From positions 1 to 41,887 of the forward strand of contig CAYLGV010000002.1 of the NCBI GenBank assembly GCA_964383395.1: DNA of 41,887 bases. Reading direction: 5' to 3'. The notes under the pieces are model-generated. The model saw only the letters and a program-made list of their open reading frames with translations, was not told where the DNA came from and did no database searches. A program made the position numbers and the translations under genes. Shown here piece after piece: positions 24,487 through 36,007 of this stretch (positions are counted from its first letter, which is position 1; each line of letters begins with the position of its first letter). The stretch is from an uncultured Candidatus Saccharibacteria bacterium. Its GTDB lineage: Bacteria; Patescibacteriota; Saccharimonadia; Saccharimonadales; CAYLGV01.

Positions 24487-25923
24487 GTGAGTAACAAGAA
24501 GAAAAAAGTTGCAGTAATTGGAGCGGGACCAGCAGGCATCACTGCTGCATATGAATTAACAAAAAAAGGTGTTGAAGTAGATCTTTACGAGGCTTCTCCG
24601 TTTGTTGGAGGCATGGCGCGTTCTTTTAAACTCTGGGGTCAGATCGTGGATATTGGTCCACACCGATTCTTCAGTAATGACACCCGTGTTAACAAGCTTT
24701 GGCTAGAAGTTATCGGCAAAGACTACGAAATGGTAGATCGTTTGACTCGAATCTTTTTCCGTAACAAGTTCTACTACTATCCTATTAAAGCAGGCAATGC
24801 TTTGGGAAACCTTGGTATTATCGAAGCTATCCGCTGTTTAGCAAGTTATGGTTGGCAACGCGTGAAACCAGGTGGCCGTGACCTGGGTGATACTTTCGAA
24901 TCATGGGTGGTAGCACGTTTTGGCAAGCGCCTCTATGGCCACTTTTTCAAGACATACACTGAAAAACTCTGGGGTATTCCTGGTAACAAACTTGACTCTG
25001 AGTTTGCCTCACAACGTATCAAGAAGCTATCAATGAGTGAAGCTCTCAAGAGTGCAATTTTTGGTGGTGGCGGGGAGAAGCACAAAACTTTAGTTGACCA
25101 ATTTGCGTATCCAAACAAGGGGACTGGTGAAGTCTACGAACGGATGAAGAAGTACATCGAGAAGAATGGTGGCAAAGTACATCTGAAAACACCAGTCGAC
25201 TCACTTATTACAAGTGGTAAAACAGTAAAAGGTGTGAAATTAGTCAGTGGTGAGTCAGTAAACTACGATCAGGTAGTTTCATCAATGCCACTAACACTTC
25301 TAGTTGGCCGACTGAAAGGTGTGCCTGAGAAAATTGTTAAAGCCAACAAATCCCTGAAATTCCGTAACACACTAATTGTTTACTTGAAGGTAAATGCTAA
25401 GAATATTTTCCCTGACAACTGGATATATGTGCATAGTACTGATCTCCGAACTGGGCGTATTACAAACTTTCAAAACTGGGTTCCATCAATCAATCAGGGC
25501 AAAAAAGAAGCCATTATTGCAATGGAATATTGGAGTTTTGACGAAGATGATTTTTGGCACTGGGATGAAGAAGAGTATGTTGCTCTAGCTAAGGAAGAAC
25601 TTGCTAAGACAGGCCTTGTGAAAAGTAATCAAATTACTGACGGTATGATCGTTCGTGTGCCACGTTGTTACCCTGTTTATGGTCGCGGTTATAAGAAGCA
25701 ACTGACACAAGTTGAAGACTTCCTACGTGGTTATAAGAATCTACAGATTATTGGACGCTATGGTGCGTTCAAGTACAACAATCAAGACCATAGTATTCTG
25801 ATGGGAATGCTAGCTGCAGAGAATATTGCCGATGGTGCCAAGCATGATCTCTGGGATATTAATAGTGACGACGAATACCAAGAATCATCAGTAATTACAA
25901 AAACCGGCCTGAAAGAAAAGTAG
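24487..25923 (+). CDS. FAD-dependent enzyme, UDP-galactopyranose-mutase-like / amine-oxidase-like fold
   Basis: KVAVIGAGPAGITAAYEL is the dinucleotide-binding GxGxxG motif. The C-terminal IIGRYGAFKYNNQDHSIL resembles the GR-x3-[YF]-x-Y-x-N-x-D tail that I associate with UGM-type flavoenzymes. GTG start with a GGAGG SD. Confidence 0.7.
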   Translation: MSNKKKKVAVIGAGPAGITAAYELTKKGVEVDLYEASPFVGGMARSFKLWGQIVDIGPHRFFSNDTRVNKLWLEVIGKDYEMVDRLTRIFFRNKFYYYPIKAGNALGNLGIIEAIRCLASYGWQRVKPGGRDLGDTFESWVVARFGKRLYGHFFKTYTEKLWGIPGNKLDSEFASQRIKKLSMSEALKSAIFGGGGEKHKTLVDQFAYPNKGTGEVYERMKKYIEKNGGKVHLKTPVDSLITSGKTVKGVKLVSGESVNYDQVVSSMPLTLLVGRLKGVPEKIVKANKSLKFRNTLIVYLKVNAKNIFPDNWIYVHSTDLRTGRITNFQNWVPSINQGKKEAIIAMEYWSFDEDDFWHWDEEEYVALAKEELAKTGLVKSNQITDGMIVRVPRCYPVYGRGYKKQLTQVEDFLRGYKNLQIIGRYGAFKYNNQDHSILMGMLAAENIADGAKHDLWDINSDDEYQESSVITKTGLKEK

Positions 25924-25952
25924 CATTGCAAACGTAAGTAGGGGGCAGTGAT

Positions 25953-27272
25953 ATGAAAATTGGGGTAGTTGGAACGGGTTACGTTGGACTTGTGTCAGGA
26001 ACTTGTTTTGCAGAAATAGGTAATGACGTTGTCTGTGTTGACATTGACGAAGCAAAAGTTAAACGCTTGCAGAATGGTGAAATACCCATTCATGAGCCTG
26101 GTCTCGAAGACTTACTTGAGCGCAATATACGTGAAGGTAGGATGAGCTTTACGACTAAACTGGAAGATGCACTAGATGCTCAAATCCTCTTCCTGGCACT
26201 ACCTACTCCTCCTGGAGAGGACGGATCAGCTGATCTATCTTATATTCTCGGGGTTGCGGATGATATTGGCAAGCAACTCAAACAGTATATTGTCGTCGTT
26301 GATAAGAGTACGGTGCCTGTCGGCACCGCAAAGAGAGTTCACGAAGCAATCGCGGCACATTCTACGGTTGAATATGATGTAGTTTCTAACCCTGAGTTCT
26401 TGCGCGAAGGACAAGCCGTTGGCGATTTTATGAATCCAGACCGCGTTGTAGTAGGCACTTCTTCTGATCGTGCCAAGCAACTTATGCAAGAGTTGTATCG
26501 GCCGCTAGTTCGTAAGGAACCAAACAGACTTATTATTACCGATGAACCTTCAGCCGAAATGATCAAGTATGCGGCAAACGGTTTTCTAGCTACAAAGATT
26601 AGTTTCATTAACGAGCTGACCGCATTATGTGAAGCTGCTGGGGCAGATATCGATATGGTACGTAGCGGTATAGGTTCTGACAGACGCATAGGTCCTGACT
26701 TTCTTTATCCAGGCCCTGGTTATGGCGGTAGCTGTTTTCCAAAGGACACCTTGGCGCTGAAGAAAACAGGCGAGGAACACGGGGTAGAATTACGCATTGT
26801 TCAAGCGACTATTGATGCTAACGAACGTCAGAAAAAGGTTCTTCCAGAAAAGGTGATCAAGTATTACAAAGGTGATGTTAAAGGCAAGACGTTTGCTCTC
26901 TGGGGGCTAGCATTTAAAGACAATACTGATGATATTCGTGAGTCACCAGCACTTGAAATTATTCGTCAATTGACAGCGGAAGGTGCGAAGATTGTTGCCT
27001 TTGATCCTCAGGCGATCGACAATGTAAGACGAGTTATGATAGATAACAAGAATCTTTCTTTTGCGGAGAATGAGTACGATGTCTTAGAACAAGCAGATGC
27101 ACTTATTATTGCTACCAACTGGAAAGAGTTCTTTGCCCCAGATTATAAGCGTGTAAAAGATCTATTAAAGGCAGCTGTTATATTTGATGGTCGAAATCTC
27201 TACGACCTAAATGAGATGAAAGATCAAGGCTTCCACTATGAAAGTATTGGTCGACAGCCGGTTGATATCTAA
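25953..27272 (+). CDS. ugd: UDP-glucose 6-dehydrogenase
   Basis: MKIGVVGTGYVGLVSGTCFAEIGNDV, LQNGEIPIHEPGLE and the catalytic GGSCFPKD are present. 439 aa. Confidence 0.93.
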   Translation: MKIGVVGTGYVGLVSGTCFAEIGNDVVCVDIDEAKVKRLQNGEIPIHEPGLEDLLERNIREGRMSFTTKLEDALDAQILFLALPTPPGEDGSADLSYILGVADDIGKQLKQYIVVVDKSTVPVGTAKRVHEAIAAHSTVEYDVVSNPEFLREGQAVGDFMNPDRVVVGTSSDRAKQLMQELYRPLVRKEPNRLIITDEPSAEMIKYAANGFLATKISFINELTALCEAAGADIDMVRSGIGSDRRIGPDFLYPGPGYGGSCFPKDTLALKKTGEEHGVELRIVQATIDANERQKKVLPEKVIKYYKGDVKGKTFALWGLAFKDNTDDIRESPALEIIRQLTAEGAKIVAFDPQAIDNVRRVMIDNKNLSFAENEYDVLEQADALIIATNWKEFFAPDYKRVKDLLKAAVIFDGRNLYDLNEMKDQGFHYESIGRQPVDI

Positions 27273-28144
27273 GGTAAATCGTTGTTAGCCAGTAGACCCG
27301 TCAGGTATTTTCCATAGCCCGATTTGACCAAACCACTCGCGAGTTGTTGTAGCTGTTCTGCCGAGATAAAGCCTTCACGGTAAGCAATCTCTTCGGGGCA
27401 GCCAATTTTAATGCCCGTACGACGCTCAATAACTTTTATGTACTCAGACGCGTCATTCATTGATTCAAAAGTACCAGTATCAAGCCATGCGGTGCCTCGA
27501 TCAAGTAACGACACTTTTAGTTTGCCTTTTTGAAGATACGCATCGAGAACGGAAGTAATTTCAACTTCCCCGCGTTCGCTTGGCTGAACGTTCCTCGCAA
27601 TTTCTACTACTTCATTGTCACAAAAGTACAAACCAGAGTTTGCGTAATTAGACTTAGGTTTTGTAGGCTTTTCTTCGATTGACAGTACGTTCATACTTTC
27701 ATCGAACTCATATACACCATAGCGTTCGGGGTCTGTAACTTGAGCAGCAAAGCCAACAGCACCCTCAACGTTTAATAGTCCTTTGAGACTCTCCTCCATA
27801 CTTGGGCCATAGAAGAGGTTATCGCCTAAGATCATGGCCACTTTGTCGCCCCCAATAAATTCAGCACCAATTGTGAACGCTTCTGCTAGACCTTTTGGTT
27901 CGGGTTGCACTGCGTAGCTAAGGCTTATACCCCAGTCCGATCCATCCCCTAGTAGCCGCTGGAATTGTGACTGATCCTGCGGTGTTGTAATAAGGAGAAT
28001 TTCACGAATACCAGCACCCATCAGGGTACTAATAGGATAGTAAATCATCGGTTTGTCATAAATTGGCATGAGCTGTTTGCTAATGCCTTTAGTAATTGGA
28101 TAAAGACGGGTGCCAGAACCGCCAGCTAGTACAATGCCCTTCAT
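27269..28144 (-). CDS. rfbA: glucose-1-phosphate thymidylyltransferase
   Basis: MKGIVLAGGSGTRLYPITKGISKQLMPIYDKPMIYYPISTLM is close to canonical RmlA. Confidence 0.95.
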   Translation of the reverse strand: MKGIVLAGGSGTRLYPITKGISKQLMPIYDKPMIYYPISTLMGAGIREILLITTPQDQSQFQRLLGDGSDWGISLSYAVQPEPKGLAEAFTIGAEFIGGDKVAMILGDNLFYGPSMEESLKGLLNVEGAVGFAAQVTDPERYGVYEFDESMNVLSIEEKPTKPKSNYANSGLYFCDNEVVEIARNVQPSERGEVEITSVLDAYLQKGKLKVSLLDRGTAWLDTGTFESMNDASEYIKVIERRTGIKIGCPEEIAYREGFISAEQLQQLASGLVKSGYGKYLTGLLANNDLP

Positions 28145-28145
28145 A

Positions 28146-29003
28146 TTATGAAAGCTCCTTCTCTATATATGATTTCAAATCTTCTTCCCAATCTCGTGAA
28201 GTAAAACCCGTTGCTTGTATTTTAGCAAGATTAAGCGTGCTTTGAAGTGGTCGTAGTGCAACCCCCACCTTGCCAGCAAAATAATCGGTGGTAGATGTAT
28301 CAGTTACGGTAAGCTCGTTGTGGCCAGAAAGCTTGAAGATGCGACGAGTAATTTCCGCCCAACTAGTTGGCGTACCCTCATTGGTAACATTATAGGTACC
28401 AAATGGAGCGCCTTCATTAAGAAGGTGTACAATTCCTCGAACGAGCTCGCTCGTGAAAGTGAGGCGTCCGATCTGATCTGCAACCACTGTAGGTGAAACG
28501 CCTTTTTCAGCCAGTCTGAGCATTGTGCGGACAAAGTTATTTCCTTCACCAATCACCCAGCTAGTACGCAAGATGTAATATTTCTCTAACTGAGCTATCA
28601 AAAGGTCTCCTGCTGCTTTACTTGCTCCATACACAGAGAGTGGCGCTAAGGCCTCATCCTCGGTGTGAAGGTCTTTCGTGCCGTCAAATACATAGTCAGT
28701 AGATATATGCACGAGTGTCATGCTGTATATTCGTGCAACCTCAGATAAATACCCGACTGCAGTAGCGTTTACTTCCCAGGCAGCCAAGCGGCCATCTTCG
28801 GTTTCAGCGGCATCAACATTAGTGAATGCTGCTGCGTTTAAGATAACTTCTATCCCAGTCCAATCAAAACCCAGAACTGATTCACGGTCTGTAATATTAA
28901 GTTCGTAAATATCTGCCTTTTTGGCGTTAGGATACTGTGCATGTAGGGCCTGGCCAAGCTGACCATTAGCACCAACAATCATTACTTTGGAGTCGTCCAT
29001 CAC
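28146..29003 (-). CDS. rfbD: dTDP-4-dehydrorhamnose reductase
   Basis: VGANGQLGQAL, ISTDYVFDG and YGASKAAGD (YxxxK) are present. 285 aa. It sits within an rml gene cluster. Confidence 0.9.
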   Translation of the reverse strand: MMDDSKVMIVGANGQLGQALHAQYPNAKKADIYELNITDRESVLGFDWTGIEVILNAAAFTNVDAAETEDGRLAAWEVNATAVGYLSEVARIYSMTLVHISTDYVFDGTKDLHTEDEALAPLSVYGASKAAGDLLIAQLEKYYILRTSWVIGEGNNFVRTMLRLAEKGVSPTVVADQIGRLTFTSELVRGIVHLLNEGAPFGTYNVTNEGTPTSWAEITRRIFKLSGHNELTVTDTSTTDYFAGKVGVALRPLQSTLNLAKIQATGFTSRDWEEDLKSYIEKELS

Positions 29004-29556
29004 ACCCTCAGGACTTCTTTAAGTGAAGAGCTATTTAGATCTTTTTCCGAGATAATCATACCTTTACCAAGTTTAATCGGCCAGTCAATTGCAAGTTCAC
29101 TGTCGAGAGGGTTGCATGCAAGGCCAGGCATGTCGGGACGCCACTCATCCTCAAAGTAATATAGGTAAACTGAAGGTTCGTCACTCGTTGACTGAAATGA
29201 GTTGCCAAGGCCACTCGAGATAAATAGACCCTCTCCTCGACGTAGAGTAAAACCTTGCCACTTACCAGCAGTTGGAGATTCTTTGCGTAGATCAACAATA
29301 GCTGCGTAAACTTCGCCACTGGCAACAGACACAAGCTTATGAGCAAACTCTGCATGTACGCCCCGCAAAGCACCTTTCACGGTCAGGGGCGCGTTAACCT
29401 GTGGTCGTTCACCCAGACTTGGTAGGCCAGCTGCTTCAAATTCAGACTGACGATAGAATTCCATAACTGAGCCACGTTCGTCTTTAAAGACCTTGTACTT
29501 TACGGTATATAGCCCTTCGATTGTGGTTCCTTCGACTTTGAGGGTGGACTGGCTCA

Positions 29557-29557
<1 letters not shown>
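29000..29557 (-). CDS. rfbC: dTDP-4-dehydrorhamnose 3,5-epimerase
   Basis: Cupin-type RmlC features are present (FKDERGSVMEFY, RGVHAE). I prefer the ATG at 29557, which overlaps the rfbB stop (TAATG). The track extension to 29614 lies inside rfbB. Confidence 0.88.
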
Positions 29558-30561
<1,004 letters not shown>

Positions 30562-30564
30562 TTA

Positions 30565-31584
30565 TTATACCTCAGGTTTAATTAATGTTCGCTGCCAATT
30601 CCATGCATCTAACAGAGAATCTTCAATTGTTTTCTCTGCGCGCCAATCAAGTTCTCGGTTGATTTTCTCTGTGCTGGCATATGCACATACGACATCACCT
30701 GATCTTTTCGGTCCAATTATATATGGAACCTTTTGCTTAGTGGCTTTTTCGAAGGCTCGAATAATCTCAAGGACACTTTTACCATCTCCTGTACCAACAT
30801 TGAAAACATCAATAAAGTTTGCATCTTTTTTAGAGAGAAACTCAACCGCTTTTATATGTGCTTTAGCAAGATCAATGACATGCACATAATCACGAATACA
30901 TGTTCCATCGATTGTAGGATAGTCATTACCAAAAACAGTCAGCTCTTTATGCCAACCTGCAACAGTTTGGGTAAGAAAAGGTACGAGATTACTTGGCTTA
31001 CCGAGCGGCAGCTCACCAATCCTTGAAGAAGGGTGTGCACCAATTGGGTTGAAATACCGCAGAAAAACACTTCTCAGCTGTCGACTCGCGGCTGTTGCGT
31101 CAGAAATGATTCTCTCACCCATTTGTTTAGTTGACCCATATGGAGAGTTTGCAGGCTGAACTTCGGACTCTTCATTGAGAGGCTGTTCATCGGTTTCTCC
31201 ATAAACAGTGCACGATGATGAAAACACGAGGTTATTTACTGAACACACTTCCATTGTTTCTAATAATGTAACAAGACCAGCAATATTATTCCTATAGTAC
31301 TTAAGTGGGTTATCTACTGATTCACCAACAGCCTTATATGCAGCAAAGTGGATTACACCTTCTATGTTCTCTTTGACGAAGAGTCCCTTCAAGAACTCAG
31401 AATCTGCATAATCGTGTTCGTAAAAAACCGGTTCCTTACCAATTATTTGAGCAATACTACTCAGAACTTCTGGTCGTGAATTATTAAAATTGTCCACTAT
31501 GATGGGATTATGTCCCGCGTTCACTAGTTCCACGACAACATGAGATCCGATATAGCCTGTACCGCCCGTAACTAATATATTCAT
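30565..31584 (-). CDS. galE: UDP-glucose 4-epimerase
   Basis: MNILVTGGTGYIGSHVVVELVNAGHNPIIVDNFNNS, SPYGSTKQM and FLRYFNPIGAHPS are present. Confidence 0.9.
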   Translation of the reverse strand: MNILVTGGTGYIGSHVVVELVNAGHNPIIVDNFNNSRPEVLSSIAQIIGKEPVFYEHDYADSEFLKGLFVKENIEGVIHFAAYKAVGESVDNPLKYYRNNIAGLVTLLETMEVCSVNNLVFSSSCTVYGETDEQPLNEESEVQPANSPYGSTKQMGERIISDATAASRQLRSVFLRYFNPIGAHPSSRIGELPLGKPSNLVPFLTQTVAGWHKELTVFGNDYPTIDGTCIRDYVHVIDLAKAHIKAVEFLSKKDANFIDVFNVGTGDGKSVLEIIRAFEKATKQKVPYIIGPKRSGDVVCAYASTEKINRELDWRAEKTIEDSLLDAWNWQRTLIKPEV

Positions 31585-31613
31585 CAGTTAAGTATAACAA
31601 TAACCAGGCTGTT

Positions 31614-32960
31614 TTACTGACCCGTCACCTGTGTGACTTTTGCAACAACTTCGTCTAGCTGGGCTTGTGTCTTTGCTTCGGCATTCAGGCGCATTACTGG
31701 TTCGGTGTTGCTGGCGCGTAGGTTGAACCAAAAATCAGGATAGTTCACGGTGAGGCCATCCAGCTCATCGAACTCACCATCTGCAAACAACTCCTTAAGT
31801 TGTGCAAAAACAGTCTCCTTAGGTGTACTGGTATGAAGGTTGATCTCAGGCACTATTACGTAGGTTCGATATGAATCCACAAGCTCAGATAACTTCTTGC
31901 CACTGTTAGTCAAGGCCTGCATGCCCACCAAGGCAGTGATAAGCCCCGAGTCCGCGTCGTAATTCTCTTTAAAGAACATATGACCCGTGGTTTCGCCACC
32001 AAACGGAGCACCAACTTCACGCATAAGGCTACCAATGTTAACGCGGCCAGCTTTGGTACGCACCGGTTCGCCGCCGAATTCGCGAATGAACTCTTGTGTC
32101 GCACGGCTGGTGCGTACGTCGTGCACAATCTTGCTACCAGGGTATTTCTCTAGATACAAACAGGCAATCATGGTCAGTAGATCAGTTCCGAGTACTGGGC
32201 GGCCTTTGTCGTCTACAAAGACAGCGCGGTCGCCATCACCATCAAAAGCGATGCCAAAGTCGTAACCTTGATCAATCACCACCTTAACGAGGTCTCTCAA
32301 ATTTTCAATAACTTGCGGGTTAGCTTCGTGGTTAGGGAAGGTACCATCAAGCTCGAAATACATCTCTTGAGTAGTAAGCGGGAGCCTTGGCAAGATGTGG
32401 GGCAGGATTTCACCAGCCATACCGTTGCCAGCATCAATAGCGATCTTGTATGCTGGCAAATCATTAACGAAGGTTAAGCAGTGCTCGACCCAATCATCAG
32501 TGATCGATTTTTCGGTAACGGTTCCTGGAGTTGTGGCTGGCGGGTTGAATTCACTAGCCAGGTATTTGTCGCGGATTGCACCGAGCCCGGCATCAAGGCC
32601 AACAGCAACTACTTGATCACGATACAACTTAATACCATTATCAGCTCCAGGATTATGGCTTGCTGTTATAACAGCGCCCCCAGCCAGATTCCACTTACCA
32701 ACGGCAAAATAAATCATGTCACTGGTAACTAGGCCAATATCCCATACGTCATAACCTTGGGATTGCAGTCCTTCCATAAAAGCATGGGCGAGCTCAGCGG
32801 AATCTGGGCGCATATCATGTCCGACAGCCACAGTACCTTGAGTAGGTAGCCAGTCAGCATAGGCTCGAGCGATGTCTCGAACACTATCATTAGTCAGTTG
32901 AGCACCAACCTTACCGCGTATGTCATAGGATTTGAAGATTTCAGCAATTGATGTGTCCAC
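31614..32960 (-). CDS. phosphomannomutase/phosphoglucomutase (alpha-D-phosphohexomutase)
   Basis: FKSYDIRGKVG, the active-site loop TASHNPGADNGIK, the metal loop FDGDGDR and GGETTGH are present. GTG start with a GGAGGG SD. Confidence 0.9.
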   Translation of the reverse strand: MDTSIAEIFKSYDIRGKVGAQLTNDSVRDIARAYADWLPTQGTVAVGHDMRPDSAELAHAFMEGLQSQGYDVWDIGLVTSDMIYFAVGKWNLAGGAVITASHNPGADNGIKLYRDQVVAVGLDAGLGAIRDKYLASEFNPPATTPGTVTEKSITDDWVEHCLTFVNDLPAYKIAIDAGNGMAGEILPHILPRLPLTTQEMYFELDGTFPNHEANPQVIENLRDLVKVVIDQGYDFGIAFDGDGDRAVFVDDKGRPVLGTDLLTMIACLYLEKYPGSKIVHDVRTSRATQEFIREFGGEPVRTKAGRVNIGSLMREVGAPFGGETTGHMFFKENYDADSGLITALVGMQALTNSGKKLSELVDSYRTYVIVPEINLHTSTPKETVFAQLKELFADGEFDELDGLTVNYPDFWFNLRASNTEPVMRLNAEAKTQAQLDEVVAKVTQVTGQ

Positions 32961-33024
32961 AGGGGCCCTCCGTTATTTCTTATCTTAGTGTAGCGGATAG
33001 CTCACCTTTTGGCAGCCACTTCAC

Positions 33025-34857
33025 CTACTCAACAGTCACCGACTTCGCCAAGTTCCGAGGCTGATCAATATCTAGACCTTTCTCCAGTGCCACGTAGTAG
33101 GCAAAAAGCTGCATGGCAATGGCAGCCAGAATCGGCTGGGTTTGAGGCAAGCTTTCAGGTAGCTCAATAATGTCTTTGGTAAGTCTCCTAAGCGTATCGT
33201 TGCCTTTTGTGCCTACGGCGATGATGGGACCACTCCGGGCACGGATTTCTTCAAGGTTTGATAGCGTTTTTTCTTCAAGCTCACCAGATCCTGCCAGAGC
33301 AAAGGTCGGTAGTTCTTTATCGATCATGGCTAACGGCCCATGCTTTAGCTCCCCAGCTGCAAAGCCCTCAGCATGTATGTATGAAACTTCTTTTAACTTT
33401 AAGGCACCCTCTAGCGCGGCTGGGTACAGATTACCCCGTCCAACATATAAAAAGTTCTTACTAGAAGCATATTTCTTAGCAAGCCTCTTGATCTTCTCCT
33501 TGTCTTTTATAGCCTCTTCAGCCTTGCTTGGTAAGGCCAGGAGCTCTTCAAAAAGCTCGGTATGTAAGGCAGAACGATCGCCAGATAAATGAAGCGCCAG
33601 TTCAAGTAGTATGGTTACCTGGGCAATGAATGCTTTAGTACTCGCTACAGATCGCTCAGGTCCAGCGTGACAGTACACACCAGCTTGGGTAAGTCGAGCA
33701 ATCGTTGATCCGACGACATTAACAATACCAAGTGTTAAAACGCCGAAAGGGGCTACTTTTTTAATTGCAGCAATAGTGTCAGCTGTTTCGCCAGATTGCG
33801 AAATAGCTAGTAAGGCAGAGCCACGTGATATAGGCTCTTCACGGTATTTAAACTCAGACGCTAGTTGCACCTCAACTGGTATACCTGCTATTTCTTCGAT
33901 CAGGTACTCGCCAACCAGTCCAGCGTAGTATGACGTACCGCAGGCAACAATAATTATCCGTTCAATGTGCTTGAGTTGCTCGCGCACCGCTTCAATGCCA
34001 CCAAGCTTAACGGTGGTGCTATCGGGCTGAATGCGACCACGAGTAGCCGATCTGATCGTTTCGGGGATATCATGGATCTCTTTGATCATGAAATGGTCAA
34101 AACCATGCTTACTATTCTCTTCGGTATCAATTTCAATCGCTTCACTGTTTCGTTTAATCGATGTTTTTTCGTGCAGGTGAGTGATTTCCAGGTTGTTGGC
34201 AGTTATTCGGGCCACTTCAAAATCTGCTAGGTACACTACTTCTTGGGCCTTTCCTTGAATCGCTGAAGCGTCAGAGGCAATGTAATGTGCCTGCGTGCCG
34301 ATACCAATAATCAACGGGCTTGATAAGCAGGCAACATATAGCGCATCAGGCTCGTGAGTATATAGTGCAGTAATTGCATAGGCGCCTTTAAGCTCTAAGA
34401 TGGCTTGCTGAAACGCTTCTGAAAATTCCTTGGTAGTTCGCAGATGGTACGCAATCAACATAGGTATTACTTCTGTGTCGGTATCAGACTGAAATACATA
34501 GCCCTCACTTTCTAGAAATCGTCGAAGTTCCTGGTAGTTCTCAATAATCCCGTTATGCACTACGAAGACCTCCTGGTTCATGTCACAATGCGGATGCGCG
34601 TTACTTACAGTAGGTGAGCCATGTGTAGCCCAACGTGTGTGTCCAATTGCCAAACTAGACTCAGTAAGTTGCTGAGCTAATACTTCTTTTTGAAGTTGAT
34701 TAACGCGTCCTGATTGTTTTAAAAGTCGAGGTGAGCCAGATTCAAGCGTGACGAGGCCAGCTGAGTCGTAACCTCGATACTCCAAAGCTTGTAAACCAGT
34801 CAGAATGAAATCGATTGCTTTAGGTTTTTTGCCTACATAGCCAACAATGCCGCACAT
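33025..34857 (-). CDS. glmS: glutamine--fructose-6-phosphate aminotransferase
   Basis: The MCGIVGYVG N-terminal nucleophile, two SIS domains and a C-terminal LAKSVTVE are present. 610 aa. Confidence 0.95.
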   Translation of the reverse strand: MCGIVGYVGKKPKAIDFILTGLQALEYRGYDSAGLVTLESGSPRLLKQSGRVNQLQKEVLAQQLTESSLAIGHTRWATHGSPTVSNAHPHCDMNQEVFVVHNGIIENYQELRRFLESEGYVFQSDTDTEVIPMLIAYHLRTTKEFSEAFQQAILELKGAYAITALYTHEPDALYVACLSSPLIIGIGTQAHYIASDASAIQGKAQEVVYLADFEVARITANNLEITHLHEKTSIKRNSEAIEIDTEENSKHGFDHFMIKEIHDIPETIRSATRGRIQPDSTTVKLGGIEAVREQLKHIERIIIVACGTSYYAGLVGEYLIEEIAGIPVEVQLASEFKYREEPISRGSALLAISQSGETADTIAAIKKVAPFGVLTLGIVNVVGSTIARLTQAGVYCHAGPERSVASTKAFIAQVTILLELALHLSGDRSALHTELFEELLALPSKAEEAIKDKEKIKRLAKKYASSKNFLYVGRGNLYPAALEGALKLKEVSYIHAEGFAAGELKHGPLAMIDKELPTFALAGSGELEEKTLSNLEEIRARSGPIIAVGTKGNDTLRRLTKDIIELPESLPQTQPILAAIAMQLFAYYVALEKGLDIDQPRNLAKSVTVE

Positions 34858-34881
34858 ATACTACCTTTTTAAATGTATGGG

Positions 34882-36003
34882 CTATTGTAGAACGGTATTT
34901 ACCAGAGAATGAAAACTTTTTTTGAAATTTTCCTTTTTGAAGCGTTCAACCTGTTTTTTCATATCATTTGGAGTATATTTGCTGCCATCAAAGGCTTTTA
35001 GGCAGTTAATAAGGCTCTCAACCGTTTGTTCTTCAAAAAACTCACCAGTTTTGCCTGGCTTGATGTAATCAAGTGCGCCACCAGCCTTGTAGGCAATTAC
35101 TGGTGTGCCGGCAGCCAAGGCTTCGACGGCAGAGATTCCAAAGTCATCAACTCCAGGGAATATGAAGGCCACAGATGACTGTAAAGCCTTTGTGACTTCA
35201 TCTCGGCTAGCCCAGCCCGCGAACGTAATGCTTGGACCAGCCATGGCTTTCAGTTTTTCGTGATCAGGGCCAGTTCCAAAGACAGTCAAGGGTAGATTCA
35301 GGGTAGTACAAGCGGCTACGGCTAAATCCATACGTTTGTACGGCGTTTGGCGTCCGGTAATTACAAAGCCAGCTCGATTACTTGATCCACTACTTGAGAC
35401 AGGAAAGAATTCCTCCACATTTACGGGTGGGAAAATCACTTCACAGTCACGGTCGTAATACTTTTTTATCATGGTCTGTATATGTGTAGAATTAGCGATC
35501 ATAACATCTGGGCGTTGGGCGGCCTTGTAATCCCAGCGGCGCATCGGTCCAACCAATAGGCGCAAACCAAGGCGTGCCAACCAATCAAATGGTCCAAAGC
35601 CCGGGTGCTTCATATATTCATCGTAGCGACTCCAATAATAATGCGTAGGTGAGTGACAGTAGTTAATATGCTTTACTTCCTTCGGTACGCGAATACCCTT
35701 GGCCTCGGACCCAGAACTACTAATAACAAGGTCGTATTCGGATAAGTTCAGGTGCGAGAACCACCAGGCTCTCAAAAATGGCACATATTTACGAAGACGT
35801 GGAAAGTGCTGCAAGTACCCAGTGATTACCTTGCTGTCTAGGCGTTGGCGCCATTCATCGGTAGCATACGAAGTGTAAATAGGTGCTTCAGGATACATTT
35901 CATGCAGAGCAGCTACCACCTGTTCCGCGCCACCAGCGATTAGCCAATCATGTACGATAGCGACACGAAGTGACAATTTATCAGTGGGCAAGTGGGCTGC
36001 CAT
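34882..36003 (-). CDS. glycosyltransferase family 4
   Basis: RVAIVHDWLIAGGAEQVV and DDFGISAVEALAAGTPVIA are present. I place the start at ATG 36003. The alternative ATG at 36027 overlaps the upstream gene by 20 nt. Confidence 0.85.
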   Translation of the reverse strand: MAAHLPTDKLSLRVAIVHDWLIAGGAEQVVAALHEMYPEAPIYTSYATDEWRQRLDSKVITGYLQHFPRLRKYVPFLRAWWFSHLNLSEYDLVISSSGSEAKGIRVPKEVKHINYCHSPTHYYWSRYDEYMKHPGFGPFDWLARLGLRLLVGPMRRWDYKAAQRPDVMIANSTHIQTMIKKYYDRDCEVIFPPVNVEEFFPVSSSGSSNRAGFVITGRQTPYKRMDLAVAACTTLNLPLTVFGTGPDHEKLKAMAGPSITFAGWASRDEVTKALQSSVAFIFPGVDDFGISAVEALAAGTPVIAYKAGGALDYIKPGKTGEFFEEQTVESLINCLKAFDGSKYTPNDMKKQVERFKKENFKKSFHSLVNTVLQ

Positions 36004-36007
36004 GAGA

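Noticed and set aside
34858-34881. Possible glmS ribozyme upstream of glmS
   Set aside because: Only 24 nt separate glmS from the upstream GT4 gene. That is far too short for the ribozyme of about 170 nt.
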